In this document: positions 27,400 to 42,481 of the stretch, piece by piece
How the letters are laid out: each line of letters opens with the position of its first letter
Numbering within the stretch: position 1 is the stretch's first letter
Source: Geosiphon pyriformis uo1
Taxonomy: Eukaryota > Fungi > Glomeromycota
Direction of reading: 5' to 3'
NCBI GenBank assembly: GCA_016748015.1
Contig: JAAOMT010000201.1
Coordinates: 380,224 to 444,223 of the forward strand
DNA: 64,000 bases
Notes under the pieces: generated by a model
What the model was told of the DNA's origin: nothing
What the model saw: only the letters and a program-made list of their open reading frames with translations
The model's database searches: none
Position numbers and translations under genes: made by a program

Positions 27400-29941
27400 A
27401 TATTTTTCTTTTGGTAAATGTTTATAGAAAAAAATGAAAGAAAAAATTTTACAAAAAAGAGAAAACAAAAACAAAACTTTTAAAGGGAAATTCATTTAAT
27501 GGGCGGGTTTTTTTTCATATTGTGGGTTTTTTCGGGTTTTTTTTTCTAGAGTTTAACTTGGGCCTTAGGTATTCAATACATTTCTTAGCTTTTTTTTTTC
27601 GTGAGTGACTTTAAAGAACATTTTTTCATTGTAAAATTTAACTTCAATACCTTGTAAACTATCCTCCTCTCCCCTTTGCCATACTTCTCAACATTTCATC
27701 CTCACCCCATTTCTTAATTTCCCCCATAAATTACAATTCTTTTAACTTAAAAGACTAGACAACCATTTCACAATACGACGAACACTTTTTCTCTTTTTAT
27801 TTTTTTTTCTTTTACTTTTTCATATTTTCATATTATCATTCTTGTGTTTCCAGCTCTTCTCTCCTAATCCCCCTCGTCACAATCCCGTTATTACAACTCA
27901 AATCCATGCAATGCCGGGGATGGTTGTGCTAATTTTCACCAAAAAAAGGGACAGAGTGAAGGAAACACCCTTGCATTGTACAGGAGCTTTGAATTCTCTT
28001 AGAAATACGTGCTTTTCTTGTCTACTTCCCTATAATTCTTCAACTATCACATTTTACAAGCAAACTAGCATAAACGAGGCTTTTCGGACGTTTCTTCTTT
28101 TTTACTTTTAATGTGGTTGCAACAAGCAAGAAAGGCGAATCCTTCTTTTTTACTTAATGTTCTTCTACCTATGACCTCTTCTTTATTGAATATTTAAAGT
28201 AAATAGTCATAAAACGAACATCAAGTAATTAAACTTGTAAAAAATTGGTCACAGAAGTAAATATTTTCAAATGCATACAATAAATCACATCATATACAAA
28301 GAGCCAGTATCGATAATTTTACAATCAATGAATCCATTTTAGAATAGATTGTTGGCTTGAAGCCACAAACCTGACATAGATAAAAGAGCTGGCCTCTTTT
28401 TGCTCTGGAAACAATAAATCAAAAATCTTAATATTTCACAATAATTAATTTCTTTGTTGATCGCGTTGAAAAGTGTTTGATGCAAAGAAAATTGGACATA
28501 ATCTTAATTTCTCGCTATTATGTTTAATGATGCACAATATAAAATATTTGTAATCTTCTGGATTTTGCATTCTACAAATAGAACGATAATATATAAAATT
28601 GGAAACTTCCAAAAAAATAAAAATACGATAATGTTTTGATTGACAATTTTTGTTGTTCGGAGAAATATTCTCAATTGAGTAAATCATTAATAATATCAAT
28701 TTCACTCTCTCTATTATGTTCCCAAATTGCTTTGTCTATGAGCAAAAATTTGGGAATTATTCAGTTTCTAAAAAGCATGGTGGGTAGAATAATTAAAAAT
28801 TTGACCATTCTGTTGGTTTTTGATTTTCAAGAATAAACGCGTGTGCAGCATACAGCATAATAAAAATCTTCCGAAATCTGCCATCGCATCTTCCGAATTG
28901 GATGAGCATTTAAATGATTTTCTAATTGCATCTTCCGATCGCAATCTTCCGATCATAGAACGTCTTAAAACGGAAATATGCTGGCAACTCTGTGTTTGTT
29001 TTACATATGCAAAACCCGAACCCGTAATAACCGATGGAAATTCTATGATCTGTCAATCCAGCTATTAGATTACCTTCTCGGGCGAGTTCTTTATAAACCT
29101 GAAGAAAAAATTCTAGAATCTTTTTGATTGTGTCTGTGTGTGTCAAGTGGTACCAATGGGTTTTTTTTTTGAATTGAAATCGTGATATACGGTAGCGTTA
29201 GCAGCTAACGTTTCAGGCTTTGACCAATTATGAATTTAATGATTTAGGTGCCAAGAACCAACGAAGCTTTTTGGGATAAACCAAAAGTCTACCTCGTGTT
29301 GACACAGTACGAAAGATGATGCATCTTAAGAAGTTGTATCGGTACAAATGAAAGATATTGATTTTTCCGCTTTAAGTATAATTCAAATGAAAATTCTAGA
29401 AAATCGTGTCTCAATGAGTTCTCAGAACGGAAGAGAAGATAGGTTATGCGAAAAAAAAAAAAAAGAAAAAAAAACGTAAAATTTTTATTACTTTTACAGA
29501 TTTAGGCATCCCGATGATGAACAGTAAGTTCAGACGATCAAGTATAGATTCTTTGACATAGGTAGAAGCATTGCCGAAAGAAATTTCACTCCATCATTAG
29601 TAAAGCGCTTTTCAAAAGAAATGCAAGTTTGGTGTCTTTAGAAAAATATACGTCATAGATTATCATTTCTTATGACCTACTGCATTGTGTGCATGCTTCC
29701 ACGAAATTCCGTAAATCGAGCGCTTAAGAAATAGTGCAAAAACTAAAACCAATATGCTAGTCAACTTTCATGTGACTGATTATGTAATCATCAATCATTG
29801 GTCCAGAGAATCAAATGCAATTGAGCAAGTTATTGTTCTTTTCGTCTTTTCAAACGGCTAGAGAAACGAATCTTGTCAACACTATGGACATCTAAGTGGA
29901 CCCTGTGGCAGGTCACAAGCGTGAAATTAGATTTAAGCACA

Positions 29942-30217
29942 ATGAAAACCCTTCTCAGATTGACAAGGCTAAACGCAGCACAAAAGTCAAAGCTCACAGC
30001 ATCGCTGTTTGCCACGGTTTGCTTGTTTGCAGTATTTACTGTTGCGGTTCCCGGGTTACTGCCTTGTCCTGCAATCGATGATTCACAGCGACTTGTGGCT
30101 TTGGAGCAAAAACGCAAAAGAACTGTGATTGTTTCTGAAAGCAAGAAAAAAGAGGTTTTGGTGATGATGAATAACAAGAAAAAACTGATCGTCGTTGCCG
30201 AGGAACAGGACACGTGA
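29942..30217 (+). CDS. COA2: COA2-like cytochrome c oxidase assembly factor, 91 aa
   Basis: Basic presequence-like N-terminus, then KSKLTASLFATVCLFAVFTVAVPGLLPCPA, matching the fungal COA2-family pattern (S-L-F-x-T...V-x-x-P-x-x-L-P-C-P-A). ATG at 29942 chosen over the track's TTG start. Confidence 0.7.
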   Translation: MKTLLRLTRLNAAQKSKLTASLFATVCLFAVFTVAVPGLLPCPAIDDSQRLVALEQKRKRTVIVSESKKKEVLVMMNNKKKLIVVAEEQDT

Positions 30218-31230
30218 ATGTTTTTTTTAGAGAATTGTCACTAAAAATTTTATGAAGGTATTTGAGAAATTTTTCATCAGAATATATTGTGGAATTCTTG
30301 AATGTGATTAAGTGCTCGGGGAGGACATAGGTCAAACGTCGAAAGGCCCCTACACAGTATAACTAATCTTTCAAGATTATTCGACTTTTCAGCAAACTCT
30401 TTGGTCAATAGTATGAAAAGAATTCAAAGTAATACAGGACTTAAACTAGTAATTCTTTGAGATCAAATGGAGTTGACTTGAATTCATGGATAAGAGCTTG
30501 TTGTTTTGAGGGGTTATCCTGTAAGTTGTTTTTTAAAAGACTGTTTTGAAATGTTTGATATATTTTAGTCAACTCAGGCACATTAATTTCTCTTTTTTAG
30601 GATCCCTTGATTCTAAATATAAGAGAAATCTTGATATTTTCAAAAAGAGACATATTGCTCATATTCACCAAAAAATATAATTTTAAGCAAAATCTTTATT
30701 ATAATATATATAAGTAATTTCAAGATTGATGAACCCATTAATAAATTATTATTAAAAAATTAAATTTGTTTTATTAAATGATTATATAAATTTTAACAAT
30801 ATAATAATTATTTGTGTTTTTTAATAATTTATGAAATTTAATAATATATAAATTTTATTAAATAACAAAAAATTTTTTTTAATATAATTATGAATAATAT
30901 TTCTAAATACAATTACATTTAGTTTTTTTTAAACTGTTAAATTTAAATTTAATAATTATTATTATTTTAAAAATATATTTTTATCAAAATTAAATTAGAT
31001 TAACATTTTAAAAAATTGGTATTTAATTTTAAATAATTAAAAATTAGCTTATAAAAAATTGAATTTATATTTAATAAAATCAAAAATTATTAATTAATTT
31101 TAAAATGTAAATTAATTAATTAAAATAATTAGTTTATTAAAAATATTAAATAATAATATTATTATTATAATTTGAAAAAATTATAATTATAAATTATATT
31201 TTTTGAAATATAAAAAGAATAAATTTTATT

Positions 31231-31232
<2 letters not shown>

Positions 31233-31307
<75 letters not shown>

Positions 31308-31309
31308 TA
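31233..31309. repeat. (TAA)n microsatellite within an AT-rich block
   Basis: More than 20 consecutive TAA units. Confidence 0.9.
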
Positions 31310-31629
31310 AAAAGAAATAAATAAATAAATTTAAAATACCAAAAATATTAAAAATCAAATTAAAAAAATAATAATATAATAAAGTATAAATTTAAAATTA
31401 ATTAAATAAAAATCAATATTATACAAATTAAAAAATTAAATTAAATCTTTTTAAAATACCTAAAAAAAATTTTTTTTTTCAAAATTAAATATTAAAATTA
31501 TGAAAAATTAAATAATTAAAAAAATATAATATATATTATAAAAAAAAAATTTCTAAGTTTTAAAATCTAAAAATTATTTTAAATTATTATATATTTTTTT
31601 AATTAAAATTTTAAAATACAAATAATACA

Positions 31630-31663
<34 letters not shown>

Positions 31664-34600
31664 TTAATTATAAATATTAAATTATTGTAAAAACCTAAAA
31701 TTCAAATTTAAACAATAATTTTAAATATTTTGTAATTATTTAAATAGAATATAATCTAAATTTAATAAAAAAAATAATGAATAAATATTAAAAAAAAAAA
31801 TAATCATTGCTCAAAAAATGAAGATTCAGATTTTATGATCAATATATATAAAAGAAAATTTTTTATTTGAAAAATAAATTAAAATCTTAACAAGTTAAAA
31901 AAAATTTGAATATTTTTAATTTTTAACCAAAAATAATAATAATAGTAATAATAATAATAATAATAATAATATTTCATGGTATAATTAGATTTGTTTTCAA
32001 TAATAAATAAAATATTTTTGTAAACTTAATTCACTTAGTTTTTAATAAATTAAGATTTGATTTTTAAATACTTAATAAATTTTTCATTCTTGTTTAGAAA
32101 CTTTTTTTGTGAGACATTGATGATAACATCAAATATATAATTTTTACCATATCAAGATTCTTTATTAAACATAATAATTTCTAAATGCATGCAGAAAAAC
32201 AATATAAAAGATTTTTTTTTTTAAAAAAAAAACCGTTTCTTGCATTATAATATAAATTTTTTGGTTCACAATATTTAGGCTTATTACCATTTTATTAAAA
32301 GTTTCAAAATTATTACACGAAAACGCGAAATTTAAAAACCTTAAAATTATATATATATATTCCTTTTTTTTTTTTTTTTTTTAATGAATACTAAACCATA
32401 AATGTCAAAAGAAAGAATTCTAAGATATTATTTATACATTTTCACTAAAATATAATAATAATAATAATCATCTTTGTTATATTTTCAAGTATCACATTTG
32501 AGTGATGTGGGAATAAAAAAATTTGTAATTGAATTTTTTTTCCTCCTGAAATTTTTTTCATTTCTAATCGTGAAACCTGAATAGAAAATTTTGGATTTTT
32601 TGACTCACAACAGAAAATTTTTTTTTTCACAATTCACTGCATGGCGTAAATAAATTTATCTTTCGCCTTTCCTTTTAAAAAAAATTTCTTCACACAGCAG
32701 TAAAAATGGGCTGTTGTGTATAATAAAAGATTAAAAGAAATATCGCGAAAAAAATTTCAATTGCCCAAGTCCTTAATTATATGGGCCTACTTCTATCCGA
32801 TTCAAAAATTAGAAAGTTTTTCCATTGGATTCAAACTTTAAAATTTTCTCGACATTATCTTTGAATCTTTTATTTTTCCATACTTGGACAACTTTTAGGA
32901 GCTATACGTGCCATCAGCTGAAAAGCAGGCCAGTGCGCAATTAATACGAACATTAAAAAATCATGGTACTTGAAATTGGACTGATTTTTAATATTCCCTT
33001 TTTAATTAAAAGTTCCTTGCTAACCAGATCATCGAAGGGGCTATTTCTTAAAGTGTCAAACAATCCAAAGTCAATTTTTTGCTGTCTGACGTATTAACTG
33101 TTAAGGGTTGATATGTCGAATATCTTCACAATGGAAATGCAGAAACAATTTACTTTCCTTTAATAAAACAGTGCATATTTTAGATATGTTAACATATCTT
33201 GGTGTAATTTTTTTCCCGCCACTGGATATGGGATAAGAAAATCAAGTAAAAATTTGAATTGAACAAGTTTCTTTCAAAGTATTCCTCAATGATTGAGCAG
33301 ATTTTATTTTAACGGCTGAGCAATAAAAATTTTAATTGCCTTATTAAACACGACACTTAAGAAAAAGGGAAAAGGAACTTGACAAGGTTTGCTTGGGGTG
33401 GTTGTCAAAATAGGAGCTTTAACTTTAAAAGACACACATAAAATTAAAATAATATATACTTTAAAAGTTGGTCCCAGTAATTTTAATTTTACTTTTTTAG
33501 GAAAGCTTTGAAAGGAGAGGTTTTTTTCAGAGTAGTCAAGTTCCTTGACATTTCGTGAAAAAGAATTTTTGTTTAGGTTTCGATCCTCAATACTATAACA
33601 GTTAAAAGATGATCCCAAACAGTGGAATTGGTTAATGGTATTTTCATAATGGTTACTACGGTGGATAATGTATCAACTAGATAAGATGTGTGCAATGCAT
33701 GCACTAGAATTTCCATTACATCTCAGCCAAACAGAATTTCCTTATTTTATTGATAGATATCAGAGATTCCCTTTTCAATATTACATGCGGAAAGGAGTAG
33801 CACTAAAGTCATTCAGATACTTGTAAAAATTTAAATTGGAAATACTTGCATGGAATAATAACCCAAATAGCAAGGCCAATTACGTATTTTAAACCATACC
33901 TCATTCAATTTGCTTGCTTTCATGCATAGAATTTAAGAATGTCATTTCATTCTTTAAAAAAATACCCCCATTGGCGCATGCATAGAAGCTTTGAATGAAA
34001 ATTCTATTTGAAGAGTAAGATAATATATTCATTTTGAAGTCATTTAAATGAAAAAAAAGAGCTTTTGAATGAGAACTTTAAAAACTTGATCTGTTTAAAA
34101 ATGTAATGGGATTATTGAAAGATTATGAAGTAGATAGGTATTGAATCACCGTGATGATAATTGGAAAAACAAAAGAATTTAGACGATTTTGTTTTTTGAA
34201 GTCAATTAATTTTTAAGTTAATTAAAGTATTGTAAGCAAAGTTTTATTTTATTGGAAAATAAAAATTCATTCAAGATTCTTGAAGTTAGGGAGGGACTAA
34301 ATATTTAGAAAATATTATAGATTCTAAAGCATCAAATTCATCCCTGAATAAAATATAGAAAGTTTTTTAATTTGTTTTCCTTTTTCGGAATTTTTTGGCA
34401 TAATAAGAAACGAGCCTTGAAATTTAAGATAATTCGTCAAAAAATTACTGTTTAAGAACGAACATTAATTTTATTGCTAATAATCTAGGATATACAATTT
34501 TAGTATACTTATTCTTTTGCTGATCGACACTTAAATTTTTTACTTTGGTAAATATTTCATGAATGAAACCCTTAAAATCAAGGATTGAAAAACTCATTTA

Positions 34601-35561
34601 ATGTACTACTAGGGATTTCTTATGTTGTAGAATCTAGTTTTTCCTGAAAACCATTCTTAAAAGATTTAGATGAAAATTTTTGAATTATGAATAAATGTTA
34701 AAAATAAGAGATTTTTAATCGAAATTAAAAATTCTTTATCTAATGATTCTAAACTTTGGTTTAAAGTATAATAAAGATAAAAAATTAAAATGTTCAAAAA
34801 TGATACCTTGGATATTAGAAAACTTGAAAGTAATTCTTGGAAATATCGAAAAAAAAAAGATTATATCATATGACTTTATTCCAATTGTTCTAATTACCAG
34901 AGAATGACATACCAAAAAATTCATTTTAACATATCAAAAATGTCATTTTGAAATTATTAATTATCGACAAATCTTTGTATATCGAGAGTTTTAATGATGA
35001 GATCATTTGCAAGATGATCTTGAAATCATGCTACGATGATTATCAAAAATAACAAACAAACAAACAAACAAACAAACAAAAAAATAATAATAATTTTCGA
35101 ACTGTTTTCATTCTGGAAAATTATGTATATATATCTTTAATTAGAAAAACGGGATAATTCAAGTCTTTTGTTAAACAAAACAAAACAAAAAGAACAAAAA
35201 TTAAAAGTTTTTTTGTTAGATTTTTTATTTTATTTTATTTTAAAAATATCTTAAAAGTGTACAAAATTTTTATAGTTACATAAGAAAAAAACACAAATAA
35301 TAAAAAAAATGAAATTTTTAAAAACAAAACTTTATTAAACTCGTAATTTTTTGTGATCCGTAAACCGTTAATACGAGAAAAAAAAAACCACCCCATTGTA
35401 TATAAAATTTGTGAAATGATTCAAATCACAAGGATATTATATGACATGATATGATATGATATTATATGATATGATATGATATGATATTATATTATATATA
35501 AAAAACATCAAAATTATTTTCCGTATCAGATTTTTTAATTTATAATATAACCTTATTACGG

Positions 35562-35606
<45 letters not shown>

Positions 35607-35768
35607 CAGGCATTTTTGTCTTCAAAAAGAAGTGATCATGCATTACATATTTATTCATGAAAACGCGTAAATATAATCAATATTTCAAAATTAGTAATAT
35701 TAACTTTTTAAAAAAAATTCAAGCTAGTATGAATAAGGTTTTCCCGTCATCATCAACATCATCATCAC

Positions 35769-35802
<34 letters not shown>

Positions 35803-36879
35803 TAACTTGAAAAACACAGGAAATTCTGAGTCGGTAGGAGTGACAACTAATATATATATTTTTTTTACAATATTAGAAAAAGAAATAAAAAAAGGAATTT
35901 TTAATAATCAAAAGTTTTTTTTTTAGTTAACCCCTTTTATTATAATTATAATTATTATAATTATTATTATTATTATTATTAACTGTACAAGACACGCGTT
36001 TTTAGAAAAAAAGCCCTGCATAATGATATCAACTTTAAATTTTGACTATTAATACTTTAACATATTAATTACCATAAACGGGATATTTTACCGAGTATCA
36101 TATCAAAAATTTATTAAAGGTAAAACAAAAACCTGGAAGAATTTTTTTGTAGAACTTAGAAATCAGTTAAAAAAAAAATGCAATAAATGATCGTGTAATA
36201 ATGAACATAAGCCTTTGTATTATCAGATCAGTTATATATATTATTAATGGGTTGGGAAAATTTTTAATTTATACGCGCGAGAAAGTTGATAAACCGAGTT
36301 AAAACGCAACGGTCTGTTAATGATCTAGATTGATTGATTGATCTTTTGACTGTCAGCTCGCATTATTATTATTTAAAATTTTTAATAAGCAACATTTGAT
36401 GCTTTATTTGTTATGTATACGAAAAATCTTTTTAAAAATATATATATATATATATATATACATATCACATCATTCATATTTTAACCAATTTTTGATTAGA
36501 CTGTAAATTCTAATTAAAGAAATTTTCGTCATTGTGTATAAATCAAGTAAAAAAATCAATTGAGCATTAAAAATCCATTAGTCAGACCATAAAATAAAAT
36601 AAAATAAAATAATTTTTCAATTACAAAATTCATTATTTTTTTGTTAAATCAAATTCTAACATTTATCAGCTGTCAAAAAATTTTTCATTTCATGCGAAAT
36701 GCCATGCAACGCTAGTTAACAGAATTTTTTAAAGTTGCAGAAATGAAAAAAATTTTCGAGATTCGTATTGGATTTTTACCCAAGATGGAGATCAAAGGAT
36801 TCTTTAAATTTCGTGTTTGTTGAAAAATTTTAAAAAAAGATGTGATTTTGAGAAATCTTGAAAATATCATAATATTATC

Positions 36880-36921
<42 letters not shown>

Positions 36922-37077
36922 CCTTGGAGATAATAGGGATTTCGAAAATTTTTATAAATTAGAATATTTTTCAAATGACTTTTGACAGTTGAAAATAAAA
37001 AAAAAGGCTATAAAATTGGCATTTTCATAACTTTTTGTGATATTCAAATAACACCTTCTGAAAGATTAGATACCGCC

Positions 37078-37173
37078 TATCTGCGGCTTGGAAGAAATAG
37101 ATAGACCCCTATACAAAATTTATCTGCGGCTTGGAAGAATAGACAGAAGCCTATAAAAAATGTATCTGTGGCT
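37078..37173. repeat. Short tandem repeat, 42-43 bp unit, about 2.3 copies
   Basis: TATCTGCGGCTTGGAAGAA at 37078 and 37121; TATCTGTGGCT at 37163. Confidence 0.8.
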
Positions 37174-38992
37174 AAAACAATGACAAGAATTTCTATCGTC
37201 AAAAAGTTAAAAATGACGAAAGTTTATCGCTTATTCAATTCAGTAAAAAATTTAAATTTTGGGGGGTTGACTAGGTATCCCAAGAAAAGATTCTTGAAAA
37301 GAAATATTTTAACACTATTAACCAATAAAACAATCTTTTGTATTAATATCTCCTTGCTCCTTACTCCTTACTCTCGTTTTTGATTACATCAGGAAAAAGG
37401 TGAAATATTCTCACAGTGACAGGTAAAAAAAAAAACTCAAAAATGTGATAAAAACAACCATTTTTTCAAATCTCCGTGACAAAAGTCAATTCAAATGTGA
37501 TATAACTACAAAATTCACGATCATCACATTAAAACGAATAGAACACAATCGATTGATCATCAAAGACAAAAACACGTCTAAACTCCCTTGTCTCATAATC
37601 CAGTACAATCCAGTACAATAAAGTACAATTTCTTTCTTTTTTTGAACGCTAACTAAAAACAATCATGATTTACACAATTGAATTGTGTAAAATAAAGTAA
37701 ACGATTCTTTTGCAATCACACACAATTGAAAATACCACGACAAAGACAGCTTTCTCATTGTCCCGTTTTTCCTGAAATTTAAGCTCGGTTACACTGGTCT
37801 ATAGGATAACATGATGAAAATGATTTACCGGTAGTGTTACATGAGCATAAATTAGCTTGCTGTAAGGTGCCATTCATAATGACCCGTAATGATTGATAAC
37901 AGGTTTCATTTTTAATTTGACGAAGATCCTTTCATTGGGAATTTATGCACAAGAAAAGGAGTGCGTGGCAATTTTTATTGACGACTTAAACTTGTTTAGA
38001 TAAGTAAAAACCGATCCTTTTAAAGTTTACTGCTTTTGTAAATGATTTAGAGCTTTGCCATTAACTTTCTTTTTTTTTCTTTTCCTTTCTATTTTTTTTT
38101 CTTTTCCTTTCTATTTTTTTTCTCTTTTTCTCTTAGAAATCTCGCACCACCAATAGCAAAAATTTTTATATCAAATAGTAAAAACTTTAAAAATATAAAG
38201 TTCAATCATACTTTTCCGGCCTTTTTAAGCGGAACCTAGCAGCGGGTGATAGCACCAACAGTTTTTGGAAAAAACGATCTAGCCAAGTATGGAATAGGAG
38301 AGTTTAAGATGGAAAATAGTTGATCATATAACTGGAATTATACGTAATCTCGCTTTTCTTTTTCTTTTTTTTTTTAATTTTATGCACCTAAGATCCCTCT
38401 TGTTGTCCTTTTTTGGGTGAGCCTTCTAAGAAGTGTAGTGTAGATCGGACTATCAGTGAAGATGAGTTATCCTGCAGTTCGCGAGCGGCCGAGTTAGGTA
38501 ATTGATGCGTAATAAAATAGTAATCAACTGATAAAATTAGAAAACCAAAAAATTTGAAACTTTAAAAAAAAAATTTTTTTTAGGATTAATCATTTAGTCT
38601 AAAGGAAATTATTAATTATTTTCCCATGTTTAATTGTCATTTAATTTTTGAAATATTTTTTAATCGAAATCATTGCTTTGGGCATGTTTATCTGTAAAAA
38701 GACTAAATTAGTTAATTGTATACCCCTGAAAAATTCCATGTCTTGAAAATTTTATTAATAAAATTTAAATACTTTTTGCAATTCTATTAATCATTGTTGT
38801 TGGAAAACCAAAAATATTTGAAATTTTTTCAAATTGTATTTTTAAATAAACATTTTAACTTTTAAGTTAAAATATGAAAAAAAATATATTCACATTAACA
38901 TTCATATATCAAGTTGAAATGTTGAAATAATGAATTTTAAAAAATAAAAACTTTTCATTTAGAAGGAAATATTTTAGTTTTAAAATCCTTTG

Positions 38993-39040
<48 letters not shown>

Positions 39041-39298
39041 TATTATTATCATAAAAAAGAATAACAATATTTACAGCTGGGAATATGATTGTGCAAGCAA
39101 AGATCTTTTCAGTCTCCATCTTTTTGATCTTGATGTCACGAGCAGTTCACTTGGTTGGTCGGTTGGTTGGTTGATTGATTGATCTCAAAAATTTTTAAAA
39201 TATTTTGATCTGATCGATTTCTTGTTGCCAATATAAAGTAGTAATATATTTTTTGAGAATAAAGAAATAGTCTAAATTCTATTAACCCACTGATGATT

Positions 39299-39346
<48 letters not shown>

Positions 39347-42300
39347 TAAAGAATGACTTGGTTTGAATTGTCAAAATAAATCCCGTGTGATCAACTAAAC
39401 AACATTTAAGGAAATTTCTTTATTGTAGGAAAAATTAATGACATTCATCCTGTTTTACGTCTTGTTCAGTGACAATCACAGACCTCTTGGATCGACCACG
39501 CGGTCAGTGATTGACCATTTGAAAAAGGAAAGATGACACGCGTATCAAGATCTTTTTTTTTTTTCGCAATTAGAGATGAAATAAATAAATAAATAAAAAC
39601 CGTCATTTCAAAAGGCAATTAGGAAAGTTAAACAAACTGACCAACCTTTCGGGGTGCTATAACATTCGTCCATTTTACTCTGTGTCAAAACATAACACAA
39701 TAAACGAAAATAATTTCTTAACATGGTTAATATTAATTTGTGTTCACAATCCCTGCATATAATAATATTATTATTATTATATCGGCACCTTGAAAATTTT
39801 TATAACAATATTAAAACATAAATAAAAAAAAAATATTAGCATTTTGTTTTTATTTACCTTAGAAAAATCTAAATTTCTATACACTTAAAAGAACAATAAC
39901 GTTCTTTATTATTATTATTTACCCCACACATTTTTTTTTTTCAATAAATGCAATGCATTATCTTATTATTCGTACTAGATTTTTCCTGTGCTTCTTTGCT
40001 TTAATATGTCTAAGGTTTAGTCCAACGCCAAATTTTAATAATAATAAATATTAATTTATTATTATACGCGTCAATTTCGTACTTGGCATTTAATACGCGT
40101 CAAAATTTTTTAAGATTTTATATGGTTTATCATTATTAATATTTTATATTAAAACAGGTTATCATGTAACACGTCAAAAATACCGGAAGTAATCTTGTCA
40201 AAAGGACATTTACTACGAATAAGGATCCTTTACGATTCCTTTGTTCAAACGTGACAAAGATGGATGATACATGAATCGAGGAATCAAATATATACTATAT
40301 AAACTTTTTTTTTTTTTGATAAAGTACTTTTGCGTCATCATTTTCGCCTTTATTGTTTTTGTCAAATTTAATTTTTAACTTTCAAATGCACCGTGGATCT
40401 GTTGAGAAAGGCAAAATAAAATGACCTACTTTAAAGTTTCGATAATTTCCGATTTCGCGTGGTTAAAAGGGATTTTTCACAAAGAAAAAAAAAACAAGTA
40501 TTGTTATTAATGTTTTATATTATCTTTTATTTTGGTGAACACTTGATTATTATTTTTTTTTGTATGCCAATATCTTTGTTTTAATTTATGTTCACACAAA
40601 ATTTATTAATTGTTAAACGTTCAAAATTCTTTATTCAGAATTTTTTTTTTTTTTTATTAATAATACTTTTCTTTCTTGTTACTCTAATAAAAAATTTCAA
40701 AGAATTTTCCTTTTTTAGAAGTATTCTAAACAATCATAATAAAAAATTTCTAATCGGGAAAATTTTCATAGGCTACTATTACTTTTCAAAAAAAGGGAGA
40801 ATTTTCTAAAAAAATTTTATGTCAATGTAATGCCAGATTATCGAAAAGTATGTGAGGTTATTTTCAATGCTACTATAATCTCTACGTTATCAGACTAAAT
40901 GTACTCGTTTTTTTTTGACCATTGTTCTTTTTGCCAAAAATTTAGGCCTAAATTTTGTGTGAAGAAAGTAATAGTATTCGGGATGATAATTCTTTCCAAA
41001 GATGGTGATCAAGGAAATAATGGGAAATTAAGAAAACGTTTTGATGTTAAGCATATTTTTAATTTTGTATCATGTTTCTTATTAACTTTAGGATTGGCAT
41101 AAAAAAGTTTTTTTTATCACAGGGATCAAAATTCTAAATACCCAAAAAATAGTCATTTTGTAAAATAATAAAGATGAAAAATTTTTATTAAGAAACCTGA
41201 CACTTTTTCCTTTCGATAGCTTCCTAAAAAAAACATAGTATGACAGATAGGGAAGAAGTTAGATTCTCATAGTAATATCTAAAATCATCGATAAGGTTTT
41301 CCCATGCATCTTTTTTAGATATATTTTTTTCTAAATATAAATAATCTTAAATTCGAAAAAAAGAAGAAATAAATCAAAACAACTTATCAAATACGTTACT
41401 AAGCCATAAGAAAAATTTGTGTGTGATAAGGGAAGGATAAAGAATCAAATTAATTTTGTATTTAATTCTACTAGATCCCCAAAATCGAGTTTTTCTCAAG
41501 TTATTATAATGATCTACATGGAATATGTTAAATAAGTGATTTAAATTACCAATTGTAGAAATCTTTTTTTTTTTTCATTCTTACATTCTATTTTTAGCTT
41601 ATACATATAAATTCACATTTTAAAAATGAAATTTCATAATGTATTAAATTGAACATTTTTTAAACTTGAGGAGGAAGGGATGAAAAATATATTATTGTGA
41701 CAATATCAAAATCTGGGCCTTTTTTGTAAATCCTTATGTACTTCATTCATTTGGGAAATATCAACTTAGTAAGCTGAAATAGTCTGGGTATCGCATGTTT
41801 AATATGTTTTATGCAGAACATCATTGATCATTCCTCATGGTAAATGATTTTCAATTGATTGGTTAAATATTACACGAACAAAGGATTCATGGGAATCGAT
41901 GAAATAACTATATTGAGTAAGCATTTTACTCATGAATCAAAATAATTTCTATTATCACATCAATTGTTATGAATCTTAATAATATGATGAGCCCTTAACT
42001 AATTTAAACTATGTAATACAAAAAGAGCCTGAATAACAATGATTTAGGCAGGTTGATTCACCGTTTTTTTTTTTCTTTTCTTTTTTCAGATTGAACTTTT
42101 TTGTTTTTGCTGCAGGTCAAAATTAAATGCATAAATTAATGTTTATCAACGGGTTGAATTCTCCGTTTGCATTCATCATCATCATCTTCTTCTTCATCAT
42201 CATCTTCTTCTTCATCATCATCATCATCATCATCATCATCCGTTTTACAAAAAGAGACCGTGTGGAATTTTAGCAGCACGACGGTACTCTTAAAAACTGA

Positions 42301-42428
42301 TTACACAAAATTGTTCCCATGAGTTTTTTTTTATGTTGCAAAAATAATTTTCAAGATTGTTTGTTTGTCTTTGTTCTTTTTTTTAAGTCATACTCATTCT
42401 AATATTTTTCATGATGATAATGATAATT

Positions 42429-42481
<53 letters not shown>
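42429..42481. repeat. (GAT)n microsatellite
   Basis: Long ATG/GAT run; related (CAT)n tracts at about 38993-39040 and 42174-42240. Confidence 0.9.

Noticed and set aside
32880-33860. Possible gene on the - strand around ORF 33304-33618
   Set aside because: GC is raised but frames are broken and I recognise no domain; at most an unidentifiable pseudogene.
37078-37173. CRISPR-like repeat-spacer pattern
   Set aside because: The intervening sequences resemble each other, there are fewer than three units, no cas genes, and the context is eukaryotic.
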